Source: Verrucomicrobiota bacterium
GTDB taxonomy: Bacteria; Verrucomicrobiota; Verrucomicrobiia; Verrucomicrobiales; Verrucomicrobiaceae
Length of the DNA stretch: 64,000 nucleotides
Assembly (NCBI GenBank): GCA_026397715.1
Contig: JAPLUN010000685.1
Location: 77-64,076 of the forward strand
Reading direction: 5' to 3'
A program made the position numbers and the translations under genes. Shown piece by piece: positions 8,754 through 16,632 of the stretch. The notes beneath the pieces were generated by a model. That model was given only the letters and a program-made list of their open reading frames with translations, was not told the DNA's origin and searched no databases. Within the stretch, counting starts at the first letter, position 1. The number at the start of each line of letters is the position of its first letter.

Positions 8754-9482
8754 TCAACCCAGCGGCGTTGCCGGACCTTGCAGCATGCGGTTGTAGTGAA
8801 ACTGCACACGCCCCTGAAACCACCGCCAGGTCTGGCCCGGGCGGCCATGTTCCAGCAGGAAATGCGGGCAGTCTTTGTGCAGCGGACTGACACCGACACG
8901 CGGCCAGTGATAGTGCGGCACCACGTGATCCAGTGGAATGTTATAAGCACGCATCAGATACGCGGCCAGCCGGGCTGTACGGTCAATGGTTTGGCCAAGG
9001 TCATTGCCATGGTGCTCACACATTTCGATGCCGATGCTGTAATTATTGCCGACGCCGTCGAAATCAGCGTGCTCGCCCTGCTCACGGCAGGGCAGGTGCT
9101 GGATCGCGATGTCATCCTGCACGGTGAAGTGCCAGGTGAGAAAGCCGATGCGGTTGCCCCCCTTGCGTTTCGTCGCGCGCAGGGCGCCACGCTTCAGCGC
9201 CAGCGCGTGCTGGTAGGCATTGCCGGTGTAGTTCTGCGTGCTGTGAATGGTGATGTAGCGCGGCTGCATCGGCCGATAGTAGCGGCGGCCCACCGTGCCA
9301 GAGGGGATGATGTCGAGTTTGATGTGCGCCTCGGCGAGCAACTGGTCAGGTGTCATCGCCCCGGCAGGCACCGGCGCAAAGCGCGACTCCCAGCGTGCAA
9401 TGCGGGAGCCGTCATAGGTGGCGCAGGCCGCGACGATGAAGGCAAGCGTCAGTGGTAGGAGGATTGCGACGTTTTTGCGCAT
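8754..9482 (-). CDS. N-acetylmuramoyl-L-alanine amidase (Amidase_2), probable lipoprotein
   Basis: Lipobox-like VAAC; YITIHST, WHFTVQD, SIGIEMC, VVPH, HKDCP zinc-amidase motifs. Confidence 0.88.
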   Translation of the reverse strand: MRKNVAILLPLTLAFIVAACATYDGSRIARWESRFAPVPAGAMTPDQLLAEAHIKLDIIPSGTVGRRYYRPMQPRYITIHSTQNYTGNAYQHALALKRGALRATKRKGGNRIGFLTWHFTVQDDIAIQHLPCREQGEHADFDGVGNNYSIGIEMCEHHGNDLGQTIDRTARLAAYLMRAYNIPLDHVVPHYHWPRVGVSPLHKDCPHFLLEHGRPGQTWRWFQGRVQFHYNRMLQGPATPLG

Positions 9483-9686
9483 GAGAGTGTTTAAAGGCCA
9501 ATGGTCAAAATTCAATGCGCTTGTTCAAGCAAGTTCATGCAGAACGTACCTGCCGCGCTTTCCGGTCTCATAAACTTCTCCGGCCGATCACGAATAGGTG
9601 AAAGAAACGGCACCCTTGCTGCGGCATGATTCCTTTGATTTCGGGATTGTCATCCTCCTCCACGTCATTCAACATCCGCGCTTCTC

Positions 9687-11072
9687 ATGAGCACCCCGTC
9701 CTTTCCCGATTCCAATGCACCTTGGTACAAACAGCTGACTGGCTACCACTGGTTTGTGCTGATCGTCGCGTCTGCCGCATGGTTCTTTGACTGCCTGGAC
9801 CAGCGCCTGTTTTCACTCGCCCGTGTGCCAGCCTTGGTGGAACTGATGAAGCTGCCGCCGACGAATCCTGATTTGCAGGCCTTCGGCAAGGTCGTCACCG
9901 CCTGTTTCCTCATCGGCTGGGGGGTCGGCGGACTGACCTTCGGCGCCTTGGGAGATAAATTTGGTCGCGCCAAAATGCTGACGCTGACAATCCTGATCTA
10001 CTCCGCCTTTACCGGCCTGAGCTATTTCAGCCGCACCCAGCTCGACTTCACCATCTTCCGCTTCCTCACCGGCGTGGGTGTTGGCGGTGTGTTTGGCCTT
10101 GCCGTGGCATTGATCGCTGAAACCGTTCCCAATGGAGCACGCACCCAGTGCCTTGGACTGCTGCAGATTCTCTCCACCATCGGGAATATCACCGCAGGCT
10201 TTGCTAAGATCGGCATTGATGCCTTGGAGGCGAACCACACCATCACGGCCGGATCGGGCTGGCGCTGGATGTTCCTCATCGGCGCGGCCCCTGCGCTAAT
10301 GATCATTTTCACCCGCGGTTACCTCAAGGAGCCCGCCTCATGGCAGCACCTCAAGGATACCAACCAGCTGCCGAAAGGCAGCATCTTCGCACCATATGCC
10401 AGCCTGCTGGCCAGCGCCCGTTGGCGCAAAAACTTGTTCGTGGGCGCTGTCATCGCCAGCACGGGCGTGATCGGCCTTTGGGCCATCGGCGAGTATGCCG
10501 TCGATTTGCAGAAGGTGGTGTTCAAACAGTACTTTGAAAAGGCGGGCGTCGCCCCTGACAAGGTGGCCGCCGAAGTGAACAATGCCATCTCCGTGGCCTA
10601 TCTCTGGAACATGATGGGAGCCGCCGTGGGCATGACCTTGTTCACCAACGTGGCCAAGCTGGGCCGTCGCCTGGCCTTCTTCCTGGGCTTCAGCGCCGCA
10701 CTCGTTGCCACATTCCTCGTTTACTGGAAAATGAGCGACCCGATCTCCGCGCGCTGGATGATGTTCCTCATGGGCACCGCACAGCTGAGTGTCTTCGCCG
10801 GCTTCGCCATTTATCTGCCTGAGCTGTTCCCGAACAAGCTGCGCAGCACAGGCACCAGCTTTTGCTACAACTTGGGCCGTTTCGCCGCCGCCGGTGGCAG
10901 CTTCTTCTCCGCCACGCTCACTTCCGGCATCTATGGCAAGTTCGCAGCTCAGGATCCGGCTCTGCCGCTGCGCTACGCGGCGATGACCATGTGCGCCATC
11001 TTCCTCATGGGTATCATCATTCTGCCGTTCGCCCCTGAAACCAAAGGTAAGCCGCTGCCAGAAGACGATTGA
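9687..11072 (+). CDS. MFS transporter
   Basis: About 12 hydrophobic segments; motif A GALGDKFGRAK; PELFP..LRSTG; APETKGKPL. Confidence 0.92.
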   Translation: MSTPSFPDSNAPWYKQLTGYHWFVLIVASAAWFFDCLDQRLFSLARVPALVELMKLPPTNPDLQAFGKVVTACFLIGWGVGGLTFGALGDKFGRAKMLTLTILIYSAFTGLSYFSRTQLDFTIFRFLTGVGVGGVFGLAVALIAETVPNGARTQCLGLLQILSTIGNITAGFAKIGIDALEANHTITAGSGWRWMFLIGAAPALMIIFTRGYLKEPASWQHLKDTNQLPKGSIFAPYASLLASARWRKNLFVGAVIASTGVIGLWAIGEYAVDLQKVVFKQYFEKAGVAPDKVAAEVNNAISVAYLWNMMGAAVGMTLFTNVAKLGRRLAFFLGFSAALVATFLVYWKMSDPISARWMMFLMGTAQLSVFAGFAIYLPELFPNKLRSTGTSFCYNLGRFAAAGGSFFSATLTSGIYGKFAAQDPALPLRYAAMTMCAIFLMGIIILPFAPETKGKPLPEDD

Positions 11073-11073
11073 A

Positions 11074-11358
11074 ATGACCGCCGCTGAACTCAAGACCACC
11101 ACGCAGGCTCAGGCTGAGGCTGTTTCCCCTGAAGCGCTCGCCCTCTGGCATGCAAAGCAGGGAAACTGGGACGCCGCACACAACATCGCTCAGGACATCC
11201 ACACGAAGATGGGTTCCTGGATTCATGCGCTGCTCCATGTGATCGAAGGCGACCAGTGGAACGCGGACTACTGGTTCTCGAAAGCCGGCAGGCCTTCGCA
11301 CAGCCCCAAGGAGATCGACAAACTTTGGGACGAAATTGCTGCGGTTGTGCTATCTTGA
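11074..11358 (+). CDS. Conserved small hypothetical protein
   Basis: WDAAH.IAQD / W.HA.LH..EGD.WNA.YW pattern; tightly packed between the MFS gene and argA. Confidence 0.75.
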   Translation: MTAAELKTTTQAQAEAVSPEALALWHAKQGNWDAAHNIAQDIHTKMGSWIHALLHVIEGDQWNADYWFSKAGRPSHSPKEIDKLWDEIAAVVLS

Positions 11359-11369
11359 TCACTCCAACA

Positions 11370-12626
11370 GTGAACAACGACCCCGCCAAACCCCAGCAGC
11401 GCTTCGAAGACTTGCGCGGCATCCTGCGCTACGTGCCGCAATTCCGGCAGCGCGTTTTTGTGATTGCCTTTGATGGCGCGCTGATGATGCAGCCGGGCTT
11501 TGCCAGCCTGCTCCAGGACGTGGCGGTGCTGCAATCTCTGAACATCGAGGTCGTGCTCGTCTTTGGCGCACGTGCGCAGGTGCGCATGCTGGCCGAGAAG
11601 CGTGGCATCTCTCTCTACAATGACGACGGCATGGGCCGGACCGACGCCGCAGGCATCGCGCTGGAGATGCCGGTGGCTGTTTCCAATGCGCTCGCAGTTC
11701 ATCCGGCAGGGGTGATCGACGGTATTGATCTCGAATTCACCGGCCGCATCGAGCGCGTCGATGAAGAATCACTTCGGGCACTGCTGAAGGCTGACATCAT
11801 CCCCATTCTGCCACCGCTTGGTTATGACGGCAAAGGCGCCACGCTGAGGTTGAACTCGGATGCGGTGGCCGTGGAGGTCGCCATCGCCCTGCAGGCGGCG
11901 AAAGTCATCTTCGTGGCCGAATCCGGCATCACCGCCGCCGATGGCACACGTCTGGAGCAGCTTTCCGTCGCGGAAGCGAAGGAGATGCACAAGCGCAAGG
12001 ATTCCAAGCATGACGTGAGCATGCTCTCGAAGCTGCGCTATGCAGCACTGGCCTGCCAGGAAGGTGTTCCGCGGGTTCATATCGTGGATGGCACGCAGGA
12101 TGAAGCGCTGCTGGCCGAACTCTTCTCCAACGAAGGCGTCGGCACGATGATCCATGCCGATGACTACCAGCAGATCCGCAAGGCCCGCGCCTCCGACGTC
12201 CCTGCCCTGCTCTCCATGATGCAGCAAAGCGTGGACGATGCCGCGCTGGTGCCCCGCACACGCGACCAGATTCAATCCAAGATCAAAGACTTCTTCGTGC
12301 TCGAACTCGATGGCAACCCCATTGGCTCTGTGGCCGTGCATGCCTATGAGGAGGACGGCAGAAAAATCGCCGAACTGGCCTGTCTCTTTGTGCGTCGCTC
12401 GCACAAAAACAAGAACCATGGACGCAAGCTCGTGGCTTTTGCCGAAGAGCAGGCACGGCAGCGGAACTGCGAGATCATCGTGGCGCTCAGCACGCAGGCA
12501 TTCCGCTTCTTCGAGGAGAAAATGGGCTACACCGTCACGGACCCTGATGCCCTGCCGCTCAGCCGTCGCGAAAAGTACGACAAGAGCGGACGAAACTCAA
12601 AGGTGCTGGTCAAGGCGCTGAAATAG
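11370..12626 (+). CDS. argA: Amino-acid N-acetyltransferase (N-acetylglutamate synthase; AAK + GNAT), with apparent in-frame internal deletion
   Basis: DLRGILRYVPQFR, GVPRVHIVDG, ELFSNEGVGTMI, AELACLFV; GTG start at 11370. Confidence 0.88.
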   Translation: MNNDPAKPQQRFEDLRGILRYVPQFRQRVFVIAFDGALMMQPGFASLLQDVAVLQSLNIEVVLVFGARAQVRMLAEKRGISLYNDDGMGRTDAAGIALEMPVAVSNALAVHPAGVIDGIDLEFTGRIERVDEESLRALLKADIIPILPPLGYDGKGATLRLNSDAVAVEVAIALQAAKVIFVAESGITAADGTRLEQLSVAEAKEMHKRKDSKHDVSMLSKLRYAALACQEGVPRVHIVDGTQDEALLAELFSNEGVGTMIHADDYQQIRKARASDVPALLSMMQQSVDDAALVPRTRDQIQSKIKDFFVLELDGNPIGSVAVHAYEEDGRKIAELACLFVRRSHKNKNHGRKLVAFAEEQARQRNCEIIVALSTQAFRFFEEKMGYTVTDPDALPLSRREKYDKSGRNSKVLVKALK

Positions 12627-13215
12627 AACTGCCGTCCGGCTTGAGACGTGGCACCTTGGAATAAGCCAGCGCCTGCTCGACAATCGCGATAGCCTTGTCT
12701 TGGAGTTTTTCGCCGATGTAGCGCTGCTGAAAAGCCACGCGGCACTTGCGACCATCCTTGGCGAAGGCCACCCAGAAATCCGTCGATTTGATGCGCTCGG
12801 CAGCGCTCGTCGCATCGGACCATTCATATCGAATGGACTGGCTGCGCGTCACCTCATGCAGCCCTTGGGCGCTGAGAGTCACGGAATAGCCCATGCTCTG
12901 CCATCCCAGCCAAGTCGCCCCCCCACCGAGTAAAAACAGCGCCACGCCCAAGACGATGGACGGCCCGATGATCTTGAGGCGGCCAAAAAAACCGCCGTTG
13001 CCGTATTCCAGCGCAAAGAATTTCACCCGCCCATACATGACCTTCACCAGCACTAAAGCGGCGATGACCAGCAGAGGCCCGCTGCCGAGCAGGAGGTAGG
13101 TGTACGCGTCCCCAATCATGAGCGTCAAACCATTGCCCGCATCCGTCCCCTTGGTCAGGTAGGGGGAAAAGTCCGTTGATTTGATCAAGTCGAAGGAAAG
13201 GGACGGTAGTTTCAT
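12610..13215 (-). CDS. Hypothetical membrane protein (2 TM plus small beta-rich C-terminal domain)
   Basis: Two hydrophobic helices; fills the gap between argA and thrC and has its own promoter-like sequence. Confidence 0.7.
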   Translation of the reverse strand: MKLPSLSFDLIKSTDFSPYLTKGTDAGNGLTLMIGDAYTYLLLGSGPLLVIAALVLVKVMYGRVKFFALEYGNGGFFGRLKIIGPSIVLGVALFLLGGGATWLGWQSMGYSVTLSAQGLHEVTRSQSIRYEWSDATSAAERIKSTDFWVAFAKDGRKCRVAFQQRYIGEKLQDKAIAIVEQALAYSKVPRLKPDGSSISAP

Positions 13216-13231
13216 GAGGGACCTTTTGGGT

Positions 13232-13261
13232 ATTAAACCAAGCAGCCGCCTCGCACGTCAA
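13232..13261 (-). promoter_or_regulatory. Candidate sigma70 promoter for 12610..13215
   Basis: Minus strand TTGACG-N18-TTTAAT with TG just upstream of the -10. Confidence 0.4.
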
Positions 13262-13263
13262 GC

Positions 13264-14628
13264 CTAGCTTCCGTAACTTGTTCGTTGCCGGATGAAGTCC
13301 TGCACCGTCGCCACATCCGCCGCCATCGGCCAGGTTTGCAGCGGTTTCGACTTCAGTGCTTCGAGAGTCGGATGCGTGGGCTCGTTGCCAGTGGCCTGCT
13401 GCACGACCTCGGGAAACTTCGCCGGACTCGCGGTGGCCAGGACTACACTGACGCGGTCCTGCGCCATGTCGGTAAAGGCGCAGGCGGTGTGTGGATCCAG
13501 GACATACTGCCAGTCCTTCCACATCTGCGCGATGACGCGGACGATCTGATCGTCGTCCATGCGTGTGGAGCGCAAGGAGGTCTTGGGCAGTTCGATCTTG
13601 AATGGAGCGCCCGACTTGATCTGCGCCATCACCTCACGCACGCGCTCGGAGCTTTGACCCAGGATGTAATAGAGGAAGCGCTCAAAGTTGGACGCGGCCT
13701 GGATGTCCATGCTCGGCGCATGGCTGGGGTGCACGTCGCTCTGGCTGTACTCACCACTGGTGAAAAAACGGTGGAGGATGTCGTTTTGATTCGTCGCCAC
13801 GCGGAAGCCGCCTGCAGGCATGCCCATTTGCTGCGCCATCCATCCGGCCATCACGTTGCCAAAATTTCCGGTGGGCACAACGTACTCTGCAGAGGCACGA
13901 GCACTCTCCGGCAGCTTCAAAGAAGCCCAGATGTAATAAACACACTGCGCCAGCACACGGGCAATGTTGATCGAGTTCACAGCAGAGAGGTTCACCGAGT
14001 TCGCGAAAGCGGTGTCGCCAAACGTCTCCTTCACCACGCGCTGCGCGTCGTCAAACGTGCCGGGCACGGGAATGGCGAAGACGTTGTCCGCCCCAGTGCA
14101 GGCCATCTGACGCTCTTGCAATGGCGCGACGCGGCCATTTGGATAGAGAATAAAAATCGTGATGCCATCGCGCCCCAGGCAGCCGTGGATTGCCGCCGAG
14201 CCTGTGTCCCCCGAAGTCGCTCCGAGCACGGACAGACGTTTACCCGTTTTTTCGACCTGGCGTTTGTAGAGCAGTCCCAGGAGTTGCAGAGCGAAGTCCT
14301 TGAAGGCCAGTGTCGGACCGTGAAACAGCTCCAGCACGTAAGTCTTGTCCGTGATCTTCTTCAGCGGAGCCACGTCCGGTGAATCAAAGCGCCGATACGC
14401 CTCCGCCGTGAGCTGATGCCACTCGGCATTGCTGATCTCCGGCGCGAACAACGTGAAAAACTCCGCCGCAAGCTGAGGATAGGTCAGCTTCGACCACGCC
14501 GGCAGCTTGTCAGCGATGTTCGGCAGCTTCTCTGGCAGAAACAGTCCGCCATCCGGTGCCAGCCCGGCTTCAACGGCTTCAGAAAAAGTATGCGGCTTCG
14601 TCTGGCCGCGTGTGGAAAGGTAATGCAT
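13264..14628 (-). CDS. thrC: Threonine synthase
   Basis: YLSTRG, GLAPDGGLFLP, ELFHGPTLAFKD (PLP lysine), ATSGDTGSAA, VPTGNFGN. Confidence 0.97.
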   Translation of the reverse strand: MHYLSTRGQTKPHTFSEAVEAGLAPDGGLFLPEKLPNIADKLPAWSKLTYPQLAAEFFTLFAPEISNAEWHQLTAEAYRRFDSPDVAPLKKITDKTYVLELFHGPTLAFKDFALQLLGLLYKRQVEKTGKRLSVLGATSGDTGSAAIHGCLGRDGITIFILYPNGRVAPLQERQMACTGADNVFAIPVPGTFDDAQRVVKETFGDTAFANSVNLSAVNSINIARVLAQCVYYIWASLKLPESARASAEYVVPTGNFGNVMAGWMAQQMGMPAGGFRVATNQNDILHRFFTSGEYSQSDVHPSHAPSMDIQAASNFERFLYYILGQSSERVREVMAQIKSGAPFKIELPKTSLRSTRMDDDQIVRVIAQMWKDWQYVLDPHTACAFTDMAQDRVSVVLATASPAKFPEVVQQATGNEPTHPTLEALKSKPLQTWPMAADVATVQDFIRQRTSYGS

Positions 14629-14736
14629 GCGAATGATTGAGGGGAGTATTCATGCGTGGAAATCGGGGAGACTCAACGAGTCTCTGCGGACATCATGCGA
14701 GGTCTCCCCCCCTTAGGCTCGTCTCAGGGCAAGGAC

Positions 14737-15687
14737 TCACTTCTTCCGTGCAATGAACACATCCACCTGCTGCCCCACGTAGAGGGGCTGGTCCTTGGGT
14801 TTGTCGAGTTTGTAGATGACCTGCAGGACACGGGTGTCCACGCGTTCAGTGCTGGCGCCGGTGAGGGAGACCTTGGGGATGACGTAGGGCTCGATGCGGA
14901 CGAACTGTACTTTGAACTTTTTCGAAGAGTCGCTCTTCAGCGAGAAGATAGCGTCGAGGTCAGAAGCCACTTCCATGGCGTTTTGTTCATCCACATCCGC
15001 ACGCACATGCAGCGTGGAGATGTCTCCCAGCACAAGCGCTGGCTCCTTGTTCGCCGGGGAGGCGTATTCGCCGGCACGAATATTGACCTGGAGGATGGTG
15101 CCGGCCTTCGGTGCTTTGACGGTGAGTCGGTCGATGAGCAGTTCGGTCTGCTGCACGTCGGCCTTGGCGGAGGAGAGCTGCGCTTCAGCGGCCTGCATCT
15201 GCGCCTTGGCCACGAGTACGTCGTTGGTGCGATTGCGCAGGTCGTCCTGGCTGATGGCACGCTGATCAGTGATGGACGTCATGCGGTCGAGCATGTCCTG
15301 CACTTTCGCCAACTGGGCGCGGTTGATGGCAATGTTCGCCTGCGCGATGGAGATGGCAGCCTGCTGCTTGAGCAGCGAGGCGCGCAGTTCGCGATCATCC
15401 AGGATGAGCAGGGCATCGCCCTCCTTCACGACTTGATTGACCGTGACTTTGACCGCCTCAACCAGACCCGGCGCCGGCACGCCGATGTCGACGTTTTCGT
15501 CCTTGGCTTCGAGGATGCCGGTGGCCGCGATGTCATCGGGCGCGTTCTTCTGGGGCGGCAGGACAGGCGGTGGCGGTATCTTGGTCTCCTGGCTGCGGAT
15601 GGTCTGAAGCACAAACCCCATGCCGATCACGCCCGCAACGGCAAGCAAGTAGGTGGAGTAGCGGATGGTGGTGGAGACGAGATTCAT
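14737..15687 (-). CDS. Efflux transporter periplasmic adaptor subunit (HlyD/MFP family)
   Basis: N-terminal TM, lipoyl-like halves (V.VNQVVKEGDAL / VKAPKAGTIL), coiled hairpin, ERVDTRVLQVIY, YVGQQVDVFI. Confidence 0.9.
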   Translation of the reverse strand: MNLVSTTIRYSTYLLAVAGVIGMGFVLQTIRSQETKIPPPPVLPPQKNAPDDIAATGILEAKDENVDIGVPAPGLVEAVKVTVNQVVKEGDALLILDDRELRASLLKQQAAISIAQANIAINRAQLAKVQDMLDRMTSITDQRAISQDDLRNRTNDVLVAKAQMQAAEAQLSSAKADVQQTELLIDRLTVKAPKAGTILQVNIRAGEYASPANKEPALVLGDISTLHVRADVDEQNAMEVASDLDAIFSLKSDSSKKFKVQFVRIEPYVIPKVSLTGASTERVDTRVLQVIYKLDKPKDQPLYVGQQVDVFIARKK

Positions 15688-15782
15688 GGGCGGAAGTTAA
15701 ATGAGGAATCGGAAAGGCGAATGACGAATGCCAGACGAAATTACGCTCGACGAGGGGGGCAAGAAAGTCTCAAATCCGTGCA

Positions 15783-16331
15783 ATGAAAAATGAACCGGGC
15801 ATTGCAAGGCAGGTCATCCGCCAGGGCGGTGAGGTCGTGGTCATTGTTCTGGTGGCCGCGGGGTTGCAGGCACTGTGGGGGGCGCACTGGTTGAGTGCTC
15901 GCACGTTCTGCCTGGTGGTGCTGGCGGCTGCATTCGCCAAGACGGTCTTCTTTTTCGTGGAGAACCTCCACCACATCCTGATTGCCACCCGGGACAACAT
16001 GCCCTACCACCGCGTTCTCGGCCTCATGGGAGTGAACATGGCGCAAATCACGCTGGCCTTTGCGCTCGACTACTGGTGCTTGGAAACGGCGGAACCGGCG
16101 AGTTTCAGCTCGATCGACGCCGCGTGGAACCAGAGTGAGCAGCTCTTTGAGTTCTTCTTTTTCAGCGTGTTGAATTTCTCCTTCTTCGGCTTTGGCGATG
16201 TCACGCCACTGACCGTTCCGGCCAAGCTGGTCACGATGATGGAGGTGCTGCTGGCCTTTTTCACTGTGATCTTCCTGCTTTCGGACTTTGTCAGCCTCAA
16301 GGACTCGCTTCGGAAGCCACGCGAAGACTGA
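15783..16331 (+). CDS. Small ion-channel (Ion_trans_2/K-channel-like) protein with atypical filter
   Basis: Hydrophobic helices and pore segment FFFSVLNFSFFGFGDVTPLT followed by the inner helix. Confidence 0.8.
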   Translation: MKNEPGIARQVIRQGGEVVVIVLVAAGLQALWGAHWLSARTFCLVVLAAAFAKTVFFFVENLHHILIATRDNMPYHRVLGLMGVNMAQITLAFALDYWCLETAEPASFSSIDAAWNQSEQLFEFFFFSVLNFSFFGFGDVTPLTVPAKLVTMMEVLLAFFTVIFLLSDFVSLKDSLRKPRED

Positions 16332-16339
16332 TCCGCATC

Positions 16340-16367
16340 TTGCACGGGCGGGCGGGCGCTCTACGCT
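16340..16367 (+). promoter_or_regulatory. Candidate sigma70 promoter 6 nt before ATG 16374 (leaderless)
   Basis: TTGCAC-N16-TACGCT-gacggc-ATG. Confidence 0.45.
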
Positions 16368-16373
16368 GACGGC

Positions 16374-16586
16374 ATGGACAGACCCGCCGCCATCGCTCAA
16401 ATCCGCGAAGCCTGCAAAAACATCGCGCTGCAATTCATGAAGATTCACCCCGCCGTGCCCGGGCTGGCGGATGAGGAGACGCAGAAAGAGTGCTTCCGCA
16501 GCGTACATGAAATGACCGTGCTGCTGGAGACCATCAAAAAGAAGATCGGCCGCCTGGAGCGCTCCGATGACAGCACCCTTCTCTGA
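16374..16586 (+). CDS. Small helical hypothetical protein (70 aa)
   Basis: Host-like codon usage, promoter-like sequence directly upstream, fills an intergenic gap. Confidence 0.7.
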   Translation: MDRPAAIAQIREACKNIALQFMKIHPAVPGLADEETQKECFRSVHEMTVLLETIKKKIGRLERSDDSTLL

Positions 16587-16632
16587 CATTTGGCTTACTT
16601 GCCCCGACCCGCCTCTCATACGATAATTCACC

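Noticed and set aside
12775..13185. Hexapeptide IKSTDF occurs twice in the 201-aa membrane protein
   Set aside because: Similarity does not extend beyond about 18 nt, so it cannot be distinguished from chance
15700..15745. GAATGACGAATG short tandem-like sequence upstream of the adaptor gene
   Set aside because: Fewer than two full units; no array or associated gene
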